Shown one piece after another: positions 36,993 through 49,771 of a stretch of 64,000 nt of DNA (its first letter is position 1; every line of letters starts with the position of its first letter). The stretch covers positions 268,978 to 332,977 of the forward strand of contig NMRA01000284.1 of NCBI GenBank assembly GCA_002633005.1, in the 5' to 3' direction. The notes beneath the pieces are model-generated. The model was given only the letters and a program-made list of their open reading frames with translations. It did not search any database and was not told where the DNA came from. The position numbers and the translations under genes were made by a program. The DNA is from Phoronis australis (lineage: Eukaryota; Animalia; Phoronida).

Positions 36993-37304
36993 CAGTGGCT
37001 GATTCGGGGTGGGGGGGGCAAGGGGGCCATGGCCCTCTAAAATTCTCCCAGATACCATTTGGCAGTTCGGGGTGCGAATTGCTGACTAGCATATGCGCGC
37101 ACCCAGAGGGGCTTTTGGGGCGAATGCACAATGCATAGGCCTTGAACTTACTCCGTTTACCGTTTTTTTTTAGTAATAAGGTTCACGAACACAAAAATTC
37201 GAGACCCCTGCATCACTACATTTTAGGCTGGGCTCGCGCATGTGGCGAAATTCTGGTTATTCCTTAGCCCTGCCCCCCAACTCAAAATCCTGGATCTGCC
37301 CCTG
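36993..37304. mobile_element. GC-rich MITE, family A (composite), 5-bp TSD
   Basis: Ends CAGTGGCTGATTC / GGATCTGCCCCTG. Exact TATTA duplication at 36988-36992 and 37305-37309. Confidence 0.82.
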
Positions 37305-39809
37305 TATTACAAATTCACGCCCTGCTGAAAAAGGATGGCGGACGTCGCAGACTTTCGAGTTCTCGCGGATTCAGTCAACAATATTTCAAATTCAGCTCAA
37401 ACCACTAAAACCAATTACGCTTGCAGTAAATGATGTGTACATGTTAGTGCAGGTAACTTGACAACACTGTAGATGTTAACACGCAACATTACTGTTTATG
37501 GAACTTTATAAACTTATTCGATTGAGAAGAATACCTGTTTGGACGTCGACAGCGTCATCCTTCGACTCTTCATTCAAACGATCCATCTCTAATTTTCACG
37601 TCTGCCACTGAAGTCGCATTTGATCGCGAAAAATTGCAGTGGTTCTTGGTATAGGTCGACTATATAACCGAGTGCAATCTTTTCTGACTGATGACTTTTC
37701 GTAAAAATAACGTCAAGTAATTTTACCGCAGTGGAGGCTGGTCCTCTCAAGAATGACAAGAGTGATCAATTCACCAAAATAATTATTTCACTTTCAAAAC
37801 TATACGTTGATGCCGCTGGTTGCTCTCCGCCTACACTGCGCTGGTGCTACTCGTGCGTTGCAAATGCCGAGAAGCTTATGTCGCAGGCTGTACATATCTG
37901 TTTTCGTATCGCGCTGTTCACAAGAAACGTTAGAGCCATTAAGTAGTTGTTAGACTTCGAATGGTTGGCTTTCTCCGGAATAATGACTAAATAACAAATT
38001 AACGGTGCTTTATTCTAAACAGATAATTATTTTAAAATGTGAAAGCCCGGGGGTTACTCCAATGGAAGAAGTGGTGCTTTTTAACGACCAGTTTTCCTAC
38101 GAGGAAAGGGTACCTTTTCTGACCAACGTCCCCGCGCAAAAGGGTGATTTTTGAGAAACGTCTTACACAATTTGGGTGTTAGAAACTACAAAATTATCCC
38201 TTTTGAATAACACAATTTGAAATGAAAGACATCCGCCAGGAACTTCCATCCGAATTGGAAATGCTACTTAGCCTTGAAAACTTGCACCTGATTTTCTAAG
38301 CTATGACAACTTCAAAAACAAAGTGCGTGAATTTTGTTACAGAGAGAAAAGGTAATACATTATGTAATCTATAATTTATTATGCTGCGTAGTCACGATGC
38401 TATGAGCAGTTATTTAGTATTTTGTTTTTATCATCAGGCACTTTACATGAAATAAATGTAACGTGTTTATCTTCGGGCTTCTACGCGTAAGTATGATAAC
38501 TAGCAGTCATGCAATTCAGTGAGTTCCAAACATGAAATCAACTTGATGTGAAAATCTTCGGGTTTTTACTCTAAATTATGATAACTAGCAGTCATGCAAA
38601 TCAGTAAGTTTCCAAATAATGATGTCATTATCAGAGACTTAGCCTACACCAGCATTAGTAGGAAGAAGAGGGGTGGGAGATAAACGACCCTCCAAAGCAA
38701 GCTGCTGTCAGTGAGGCAGAACACAGGTTACGATACTGCCCCCAACTTTTCGGAAGCAAACGTTTTTTATGTATACTTGTTTTAAAAGTTTCGAACGTCA
38801 AATCTTATTTTAAAATTAAAATCTGAAGATTTTTGAGAAGTCTAGTATGTCCGGTTATCGAAATTCCCTGGAAAAGACTATTGCAATTCAACATACACGT
38901 TTATCACACAGCGGGTCCTTAAGTCTCTTTCAACATAGCCCATGTCGTCGTCGGATCAAAGTCGCTGGCAAAGACAAAAAAGATAACAAAATGCGTCATC
39001 TACTGTTATGTCGCCAATCGCCAGCGTTGTCACAAACCCTGCATTCGCCAACTCCATAATCGCAGGAAGCGGAGAGCTAGGGACATTGAGAAACAGTATA
39101 AAGTGGAAGTTTCCTTTCAGAAATGTTAGGCCCTGAAAGAGCTGTTTTGTTGTCTTCAGGATTGTTTTGTGAGAGTGGTCTCCTGTACGTGCACATCATT
39201 AGTTTCTCAACGAAATATTCTAAAGAAGCGTCGACTGTGCGCTTTCTTTCTATCTGAAGTGCTTCGTATTTTTTGGTAAATTGCGGTTCAGAGATGGGAA
39301 CAAGTATCAGATACCTGGCATTTGGGCCTCGTGAGTGGGCATATTCCAACGTTCCCTTCTCAGAGGTGCCGAATGCTGATTGCCTAAAAAAACACTCTTT
39401 TTGCTATTGACTTGTATGCATTACTTTATCAGAACCGCCACGCCCCCTGTGGCCAAACACAACCGCACACAGTAAAAAAAAACTGAAACTGGCTTCTGCA
39501 ACAAAAACTTGATTTAGACAAAACCGTTATGAAATTGGTCTCAAAATTTTCGTCAGTCGAATTAGAGATTTTTTTGGTCTTTGAAAGAAAGTTAATGTTT
39601 TAACATACAAGGGCCTAGAATGATCAACTCTCCGAAATCCCACAGGCCTGGGACTCGGACTCAACATGTAAACTTCATTCATCACGAAACATAGTTCAGT
39701 ACAACTGTGTACGTTTACTCGAAGTGTGACATGCAGCTGGTCGACTTTCCTAATATTCTGGGCCCAGAGCATGGTTTGTGGTACAGCAGAAATAGAATCT
39801 ACCGTTCGT

Positions 39810-39965
39810 AAGTGCTGTAGTGGTAAACGTAGAGGTAAGTAGGCGCCCAAAGCCCACCGAATCACCCTGAGCACTGAACATAACTTACGGTGCGTAGCCG
39901 ATACGTTCAAATGCTAAAAGGTGGTTGGCTGCGCCTACGTGCGCCAACGCCCCACTACAGCACTG
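39810..39965. mobile_element. MITE, family D, 5-bp TSD
   Basis: TIR (c>a)AGTGCTGTAGTGG / CCACTACAGCACTG; TTCGT at 39805-39809 and 39966-39970. Confidence 0.7.
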
Positions 39966-40233
39966 TTCGTAAGGTCTAAAAGAACACACCCTAGCAATGA
40001 CACATTCAAACTTAAATATAGATCATTTATTAATATCAAAACACATTTTCCCATTTAAGTTGAAAGCTTTCAGGGGCCCATTTTATCACGTCATAATTCC
40101 AATCTTAGCTAAGAACGCACTTAGGATCTATGATACAACAGGCCTTAAACACATAGTTAGTACCCAAATAACATACGTTGTTTACAGGCTATTCGCCAAG
40201 TTCTGATTGTATCACTGCAACCCAGCAACATTT

Positions 40234-43200
40234 TTACGACTTGTTGGCAACGGCAGCATCTTTGAGAACTCTTCGTAGGATCTTTCCACTTGCCGTTTTG
40301 GGTATTGCATCGATAAACTTAACGCCACCTCTAAGTTTCTTTGATGGCGCTACTTTAGCTGTTGAAAGAAATTTAAGTGTTGTTTAAATGTGATATAATG
40401 AAAGAAACAAGTTCACATCATTAAAATAATTACAAGAACAAACCTCAACTACACTGAATGCCTTTTGCAGGTCATCAAAAACTACCATGTTGAAAATCAA
40501 CCTACAAAGTGAAACGTAGTTGTTCGTCCAAACTTTCCGAGGGTTAATTACACGAAGTATTTCAACTCTAGTACCAGGAGTTTTATACAGACAATCCCGA
40601 GGCGTACATCCTTAATATCAGTTTAGGGACCAAAAGTCAAACTCAGACATAGGAATGTTTTGAAATAGTTTCGATGTCGCCCTGTCCCCACAAGTACAAG
40701 TTCATAGGTGAAAATTTAGTTACAGCTTTGATATCCTATGATGAAACAGGAAAGAGTTTTAGGATTCAACCATTCATATTTCCCAAATCTTCAACCTAGG
40801 CATTTCTGCGAAAATTGGTCTTTTATAACCCACTTAGCGCATCTAAAGATGCCGCTATCTGCACCGCGGCTACCAGCGGAAGATCATTAGACAACTTCAA
40901 GGGTTATTATTTCGAGAAATATGAAAATTGTAAATTTTAATTTCAATCTGCTTATGTCAAGCGTTGAAAGGAATTCCTCACTTGAGCCAGTCACCTTTTC
41001 AAGCTACCCACCACGTTGTTTGAAAGTCACTCAAGAAATAGCGGGCTGCCTTGGTAGAGACAAGATACTTCAGACAAAAGCTAGTGTAATCACGTGGTTT
41101 GCTTGTAAGGCAAGGTTATGCCACATGCAGACTCGAGTGATCATGCGTTTTCGCCCGGCAGTTTTTGCATCTATGGAACGTAGTCCGGAGTACTTACCAT
41201 TCACATATTCCAGGATGTCGACTTCACTGGACTCCGAATTTGGCTTCAGTACCACGTATGCTCTCGGTAATTCCCCAGCCTCTGCATCAGGTAAGCCAAT
41301 GACGGCGCAGTCGTACACACACGGGTGACTCAGCAACAAGTGTTCCAGCTCCGCAGGGGCGACCTAGGTAAAACAAGGGAAGGATGTGCGTGTTTAATGA
41401 ATTATGTAGTACTGAGACCAAAAAATTTAACCTTGTTATTACTTATCTCGCCAGGGGCGGATCCGGGATTTTGAGTTGGGGGGAGGGGGGGGGGGGCAGA
41501 GCAGANCACTCCTGAACTACCAATTAATGGAGAATTTTGAGAGGGGGGCATGGCCCCCTTGCCCCCCACCCCCTAAATCCGCCACTGCTTGCTTCTACAT
41601 TTACAGCCTATTAGTAAATTGTTCTTGATTCAAACTATTTGTAATATTCCACCTACTTTCATCTTCCACCCTCACCTCTCATGTAACTATTTCCTACCTG
41701 GAAACCTTTATATTTAATCAGTTCCTTTAATCTGTCGGTGATATAGAACAATCCTTCCTCCGTGTAGCATGAAATGTCGCCTGCAAAAATCGGCACACAA
41801 TTTGTATGACGGATGACGGATAAAAAGACAAAATTCAATATGAATGGCAATGACTTTACTTTCAATCTTCAAATAGCCGCCAGGTGGCAGGCCTACCTGA
41901 ATGAAACCAGCCATTTTGATCAATCGTTCGGCTGGTGGCTTCCTGGTTGTTCCAATACCCTTTCATTACTTGCGGCCCCCGAATAAGTAACTCCCCCTCT
42001 TGGTTCGGTCCCAAGTCTTCACCGGTCTCGATATCTACAACCTGAAAATAAACAATTCTGTCACTTTGAATGGACAAACACTCCCTCTTTTGGACACTTC
42101 GTGGTCTCTATAGGAGATGCAACTTTTTCTGGATGCACAAGTTACTGTTAAATTGTTATTTACGGAAGTTTTTAACAATAAACCTATTCATAGAATCTCG
42201 TTTACTGAATATTTTTTACAAATCTTGCTGCTGGTAACAAGTAGCAAAATTTTGTTGTTGTGTGAGTCATATAGTTTATACAGACGTTTTCACTGTTCAC
42301 AATCACACAAATTATCATAATTTATGTGCAGTCATTATACGAACTTATCCTTATTCAGTGATTAAATATATGTTAAACTGCACGTGTATCTATATAGGCG
42401 ATCAGCTGTGGTTGCTGCAACCAGTAAATATCTTAGACATACCTTAAAACTATAATTAATCATTTCATTACTGTTGGCACAAATCTTAGCTCAATCAATC
42501 TGACAATGACAACTTTGCTGGGCATACACTCAACAGAAGGCCTACCTTACACTCCGTCCGTGGCAGCGGGTACCCAATGGAGCCTACATCTTCGGTATCC
42601 CATTTGGCCAAATGAGTTATGGGACTGGTCTCTGTTAATCCATACCCTACAAGATAGCACGACACCTTGTTTACCATTTATCCTGGTACAAACCTGCCGT
42701 CGGTCACAAAAACGAAGTTTTGATTTAGACCATTTTCCGCCAATGTGAAACCACGAAAAGTCGTCGCTTACGGAGCGGAAACAGTGAATTGTATCCCATA
42801 AATCACCACTCCAACCTCACCGACCAATCACATCAGTGGCCGCCATTTTGCTAGGTTAAAGTAAGTCTCTAGCATAATTGCAAACCCTTGTCTTTCATTC
42901 GAGTGACGTCGGGCAGTCTTGTGTGTTCTCGCCTTTCTTGCAAGAAACTTGGTAAACGTGACATTCAAGTGTAAACCTATTGTCATTCCGTCCGTGTGAA
43001 TCGTATAATGTGAAGTGGAAATTATACAGTGTAGTTGCGATTCGCAAAATTGATGCAACTTTGCTCGTGTACAGAATGACTACCATTTGGAAGAACGAAC
43101 GGAAAACAATCACCATTACGGCACATCTATACATATCTCTTGGCGACTGTATTTTGCCATTACTAGAACTAATAAAGTTTAGAGCACCTTACCTTGTCGG

Positions 43201-46200
43201 AAGTACTTGATGCCGGTGTTTTGTTTGAACTCCTTCGCCAACTTGTTGCCGCATGGTGCAGCAGCAGACAACGCGCCATGGACGCTCGATAAGTCATACT
43301 TTGATATCATTGGATGTTTAGCCATCAACAACACAATCGGAGGGACTAGATGTAGGACCGACACCTGGATAGAGTTCAAAAACGCAAGCACCTCGCCAAA
43401 TAAGACTAATCTCGCGAGATATCACCCTGTATTTTCAATGAGAGCACGTGATTTTCGGCTAGAAAGCTCACGAAAAGTAGCCGGATTACGCCTAGACATA
43501 ACTGAACTGTTAAGGGCTGTTACCAGCGTTTGGTATTCACCAGAGGACAGCTAATGTTTTCGCCAATTGTGTGCTTACAAGAAAACGTGAATTTCACAAG
43601 TATGATTTTGTAATAAGTCCTAAGACGTATAGTCGGAATTAAATGACATGTTTCTACCTTTTTGGTGTCCCCAAATATTAGCCCTGACGTACTTTGGCAA
43701 TAAGGGGCTTGTAAACATAGAACGTGTCATTGAAATGGATTGAGAACCAGTATTTAATGTTTTAAGAATAAAGTAAATCCATTATGTAAACAAGCCAAAA
43801 AGTGGCGAAATGAACACAGCCCCGTTTCCCATAAAGCCTTGTTGTAGGTTGACACTCAGTGACTATGTTCATTTTTGGAGACCCTACGAACTGTAGATAT
43901 TTGTAACTGTGACTTCGAAAGTACGCCCATGGGCTTATATTTGGGAGGGCTGTTGGCAGAAATTCCCGCTGCTGTTACTTAACAATGCCGCGAATTTCAT
44001 AAAAAGTGGAGTCCTGTAAACTGGTTATTTGCGAATAAAAAGAAACGTCCCTCCAGGAACGCTTGATGAAGAATTACCTTATGTTCCTGGATGCAATCGA
44101 GGAATACTTCCGGTTCAAATTTAGACAGAGTTACGATCTTGACCCCTTGCTGTAAGCCAAGAAACAAAATGGCCACTTGTGCGTAAATGTGGAAGAACGG
44201 AAGTACCGCTAGGTAGACATCTTTGCCGTGGATAGCGCCAAGACCGAATGGATAGCTAGTAAACAAAGAGTAGGTAGGTTGATAATGTCCTCACGTGGTA
44301 ACTGATGCTTGTACATGTCTTTTAGTCGTTAGGCTAATATTGACAACTATGTATATTAATGCTCATAATAGTGAAGATGAATTTTAATTTCAAAATGAGT
44401 ATTATTAGGATGCTAAAGGTGGTGATAACTACGACGCCGACGATGACGGTGGTTGCCGTGGTGACGACGACTACAATAAAATAGTGGCGACAATGACGAT
44501 GTTCAGAGCGTGAAATCGCTTGTTGTTCTATGATGTTTCACGACTCGCGAAAGCAGCAACATAACCAGGGGCCTGTTTCATGGAAAGTGAGTCATGTCTT
44601 AAGTCAGAAATTTAGTTTCAGGCTGCAAACAATTATTTCTGAAAAAATAATTAAATGCCTATTAAGCAAAAGCACAAAATCTTCAAGAATATAGCCAGAA
44701 TTGCTAGTAACTAGAATGTGGTTTACTAATTATTACATGGTTAAAATTTAATAAGTAATTGTGAAGTGTATCGTAAGACCAATTAACATTTTTCGTTAAC
44801 AGACCCCAAGCGTCTGAAACTTCTAGATTCTTGTAAGGTATCACAGAAAAGGTGTAAAAATTAGCAAACGAAAACTTAGTTCAACTTCAGAAGATTTCGT
44901 GAAAAGCGCCGTGTTCACTTCGGAAAACTCTCTGAATAAATTCCAAAAGCATAGTCACCAAATACAGATTAACGAGAAATTCTTTAGCATTCTTTGCTAT
45001 GGCAAATGGCATCCAGTTACAACGAATATTTTTTTACTTTTCTATTCTCAGCCCATTTGATCTGCTATGCGCTATTTAGCGATCACAGCGCCTCCTTTTG
45101 CCAACTTACTCACTGCTTTGCACCAAATTTGAAACAACGTTATAGTGCGTAAGCATGACTCCTTTCGGCAAGCCTGTTGTACCACTTGAGTATGGCAAGG
45201 CTAACAAGTCATTTTTGGGGTTTATCTCTGGTGAGGTCGGATAACAGGCACTGTCGTCACGGACGAGATTGTCAAATGAATGAAACCCGGGGACTTGCTC
45301 TCCTATGACAATGAGCTCCTGAAAAATACGTTCAGATATGCTAACAGAAGTTCATCGAGAGGAAAATTTTGAAACGCAAATTGTGCCTCTTAAACTGCTT
45401 TCTAGTGTTAGTAGTTGATTGCTAAACCATATCGTAGTCCAAAAATACGCTCTTTTAAGCTGTAAGGTACGAAAACGTCAATAGCGGCGCCACTGCCAAT
45501 GTCGGGGACATTTCTCCAACTTATCGAAAAAAGCATAAAGCTGCGTTGCAACCTTCTGGACGAACTAAGACGTTTCTGAATCAGAAATGATGAACTTCGT
45601 TGCGTTCGCTACACACACGTATACATAAACTACACACAGACTGAAAACACGCCTGAACGAAATGCAGCGTCACTATGATCCATTCGCTCCTCACAAATTT
45701 ATTTTTTTGAAGTATAAAGGCTACAAGCATCGGTTACCTGAATCGACCAGTCGTGCGAACAGCGTGATAAACCTTTACAACGAATGCAACAAACCTGTAG
45801 AGTCGAGCATTTCCTTTGAACCATCTGCGCAGTGTGAGCAGACGTCGGCACCGTCACCAAGAATTTAGCGCCAGTGTTTTCAATTTGGAAAGACAGTTCA
45901 TCTGCAATGAACCAGTATCAAGAACTCTGCAGCGAAAGATCGAAATTAGCAAACAGGCGGGTCACTTTCGGGCAACAGGGCCCAATAAAACTATACTTCA
46001 AATGACGAACAGTGAATCTGGCCAAGAACGACCTGCGCCATTGTTGGCATAATTAGACCCATCAACAAATTGTAAGACGGTGGAACGTTCACTGCAAGGG
46101 ACTGATGATCCGATCTGATGCAGAAGTGTAATCTATGACCAGATAAAATGCACATGTAAGCGTGGCATGGTCAAACTACAAAACCTGCTACAGAAGGCAT

Positions 46201-49200
46201 ACATAGTGGTGAATTACAAGCGTGCTCTGTTTGATCAAGCGCAACTCACCAACAGTATACAAGGGATTTGCCGCAGACACGACTCCTCCTATACCGGACA
46301 CAGCCAGGAACACGATGCCATATTCCGGAACATTATGACTGTAGAGACATAGTACGTCGCCAGGTTTGAAGCCCAGTCGTACGAGGGCGCTACCTAACCG
46401 CTTTGCCGTCTCGCGCACTTGATTGAAGGTGTAATGGTGGCCCGTCTGACCGTCGATCTATGGACACAGAATAATACACATGTATTCTAAAATTATTGGA
46501 CATTTTTGTTGGACTTCGTCAATGCAATATTAACAAGTTTCTCGGGATTCGTGGCTTGGTTTGATCCAAGAAAATATATTGGTTGTTGACTGGCGTTCGA
46601 TGAAACTTTTGTAACGTGAAAATGGCATTCCGGGTACCTATCACTAAATCCGCCTGTGGGAGACTCCAATCAAACGTGACGAATTAATAATCTTTTAAAT
46701 TCCAAAAGAAAAGTGGCATGGGCAACACGTAATACATCGTCACGGCTAATGACTCATAGTTATTTGTCCGTGCACTTTTCCCTCAACTTTTTCGTAGATT
46801 TTGTACAGGTGCTATTGGTTATCAGCTCAGCCAACGCAGTGCGAAGTAAACATTTTCTAAAATTATACGGAATCTACCATGTTCGGTTTTACTGCTTTGA
46901 AGCCTGCTTTCAATAATTTGTGTAAAAGACAGCTACATGATTAGTTATAATACCAACGCAAGAACTCATCGTGTTTTAATGTTCACCAGGAACAACGCCA
47001 AATGCAGAGAAATAGCGCAACACCGCTTAATGTCAAAACCTTATCCTATATACGCGTGATGATACTGCCGTGAGGTACTCGGATACGAAGGAACTACTTT
47101 TCCGAATCAAATACGCATTTGATAGGGAATTAAGCACATTTCGCTAGGGGAAGCTAGTATGCAGCTGGTCTCAAAAAATCATTTTTCTCGACGACAATGT
47201 ACCTTTAAAGGTAGTATGTTTGTACAAATATTTTTATGATTTGCAACCGTAATATCCATTCGTCTTGCGTTCTATCTTTTTTAATTTTCTTTACTTGGCG
47301 AGTTTCTACATGAATTTTTTCCATTTTTAATTGATTTCCTACATAATTTATGCAAATATGTCTGTCACTTCATCTTCTACAGCGCTTCAATCTACTATTT
47401 CTACTGTTTTTGTTTCATTCTTATTTTTTGGTACAGATATTAATCATATTTTATTTATTTTGTACTGTATATTTGTTTCATGTCTTTTATTTGTTATTAT
47501 ATGTATTTATTTTTGTACATTTGAACAGCGAATTTTACTGAACAGGCTACCTATCATAAAAATATTTCATTCATTCATTTATCTATTCATTCGTTCATTC
47601 ATTCATCCCTTTACAGTGAAATCGGTTTCAGTGAACAGAAGGAAGTAACCGTTTCCAAGCATTCCATACCTGAACCGAGTTTTCAATGTAAAGCCGCACT
47701 CGCTAGTGGTTAATTGGTCATTGATTGTGATTCATCACTAACAAAAATGAAAATATACGCGAAAGTCTTCCAACTTGCATCCTGCTGATCGTTCTCGACA
47801 GACACGTTCAGAATTTCGACTGTGACAGTTTTTGATTTTGTTTATATGTAGGGCTTACAGCAAATATACATTCGCTGCTGGCTCTGCGGTTATTGACAGC
47901 CATAGGCGTGTCAGGCGGGAAGGCGGGGGTTGCACACAATAAAAAATACGGGACACAGAAGGAGGGGTGTGGAATGGGTGACTACGACCCTAAGAGGAGA
48001 AATAGTTGTTAGCGACCGTGTGTCAGTGGGGATGACTTTCAGTAGCAAACTAAACCAGTGTACAGGCAACGTCAGCCCTGGAGTTCTGCGCCTTCTGCTG
48101 TCACGGGGATGGTCTGGGGAGGGGATTAATGCAACAGCATATCCCCAATGATCTTGTCCGTGACAGGTATTACAGGTATTACTAAAGCAGAATGAAACAC
48201 GTAGTCATCAATGTCAAGTTTTTCAACGGACAAGTTGATATGATGTGTTTTTGACAGGTTTCGAAGCCAATAGTTGGCCACCTCACTTAAGCTATTCAGT
48301 TGTCTGTATCCAGCCGTCAGCTAGGACCGGTTATTTCCGCACTACGGTGAATTATATAATTCCGCAAATGGCCTCCTATTTACCGATTCTAGGTTCGACT
48401 AAAGTTTACTCGATACGAATCAAATCAAACCTTTTTATTTATAGTCAGTTTGACAAAATAGACAAAGGCTTATGTCACCGACTGTAGATAATAATATAAA
48501 ACGTAAATAATAAAATAATGAAAAACCAAACACATGAGAAAACACATATTGAGGAAATATCGTGAAAGTATGGCACACACGCATACACACGCACACATAC
48601 ACACCAGATTTAAAATCTGCATACACAGCACTTGCACGGTGGTTCTGTCCAAGATTTAATAAAATTAAAAAGTTTATAATCCATGAACTTGGACTCTAGC
48701 AAGGAGTTCAGTGACGCTCGCACTCCAGTCCTGATACACACCTGAGTGCCCTGTACCAAAGATTTTATAGTTACCTCTTTGCCTGTACTGAAGGCGCTCG
48801 AGTTTTGCAGTGTTCGTCGTGCTGCAGAAAGGCCACACTAAGTTACAGTAACTAAAGCGTGACAGGACAAAGCATTTAAAAATAGCCATCCGTGACACAT
48901 GGTCAAGCTGTNAGAATTCCGCCAAGTAACAAACATAGTGTCAGAGCAATATACTTGGCGAAATTTATTTCGCCAAGTAAAAACTTGACGACAGAGCAAC
49001 ATACTTGTCGGAATTCGAAGAATTCCGCCAAGTAAAAAACTTGACGACAGAGCAACATACTTGTCGGAATTCGAAGAATTCCGCCAAGTAAAAATTAAAA
49101 AGTTTATAATCCATGAACTTGGACTCTAGCAAGGAGTTCAGTGACGCTCGCACTCCAGTCCTGATACACACCTGAGTGCCCTGTACCAAAGATTTTATAG

Positions 49201-49771
49201 TTACCTCTTTGCCTGTACTGAAGGCGCTCGAGTTTTGCAGTGTTCGTCGTGCTGCAGAAAGGCCACACTAAGTTACAGTAACTAAAGCGTGACAGGACAA
49301 AGCATTTAAAAATAGCCATCCGTGACACATGGTCAAGCTGTCCTGACAGCCTTTGAGGACGCTAAGCTGCGCCGCATCCTTCCGACTTAGAACTCTGGTG
49401 TGCTGTGCAAAACTTAGCTGTTTGTCCAGCAATAACACGATGTCTTCAGATGATATGAACACTGTACTTACCACTGCCACGGCGTCTCCGAATTCATCAA
49501 ACCGACTCGTTAAGTAATCGTGAAATGTTACATCGTGCGGAAGCTCTCCGCATGTGAACGGACTAGCTACGATTTTTTCATCGTGCCTAAATCGCACACT
49601 AGTCTGGCTACAGACACGCATCAATCGGTGCGTAGATTTCGCCTGCCTCCCCGAAGCCTGACTGTGAAGAGCCGCTGTTACTATTGGACGGTAGCATCTT
49701 GCTATAAAAGTCTTGTAATGTCTTTCGATATTGAGAAGTGCTCGACGGCTGCTGGAATAAACGCAGGCCAT
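40234..49771 (-). CDS. 4-coumarate--CoA ligase-like / firefly-luciferase-like acyl-CoA synthetase (ANL superfamily); 11 exons, about 597 aa
   Basis: complement join(49771-49472,46457-46250,45901-45795,45318-45110,44255-44078,43364-43193,42646-42546,42041-41897,41780-41698,41363-41198,40358-40234) = 1794 nt, GT-AG, phases consistent. Motifs: [101 protein letters not shown]. Confidence 0.94.
41452..41587. mobile_element. Short, internally deleted family A MITE, 5-bp TSD
   Basis: Ends CAGGGGCGGATCC / AAATCCGCCACTG; flanks CTCGC / CTTGC. Confidence 0.75.
48661..49341. repeat. Exact 251-bp direct duplication (48661-48911 = 49091-49341) separated by an N and ~60-bp tandem units
   Basis: The copies read as identical at offset 430, and the first ends exactly at the N at 48912. 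The spacer consists of GAATTCCGCCAAGTAAAAACTTGACGACAGAGCAACATACTTG-type units. Confidence 0.9.
49210..49440 (-). mobile_element. Decayed CR1/L2-type LINE RT C-terminal fragment in intron 1 of the ligase gene (partly duplicated at 48780-48911)
   Basis: [28 protein letters not shown], then after a frameshift [34 protein letters not shown], resembling LINE IDxKLxF..H and LEYCxxVW..IxKLERVQ motifs. Confidence 0.75.

Noticed and set aside
49268-49471. Ligase-RT fusion suggested by ORF 49268-49786
   Set aside because: A consensus GTAAGT donor at 49471 splices in phase to exon 2; the rest is an intronic, frameshifted LINE remnant.
40234-49771. Calling this gene a true luciferase
   Set aside because: The motifs are shared by non-luminescent acyl-CoA synthetases, the organism is unknown, and nothing else in the window points to bioluminescence.
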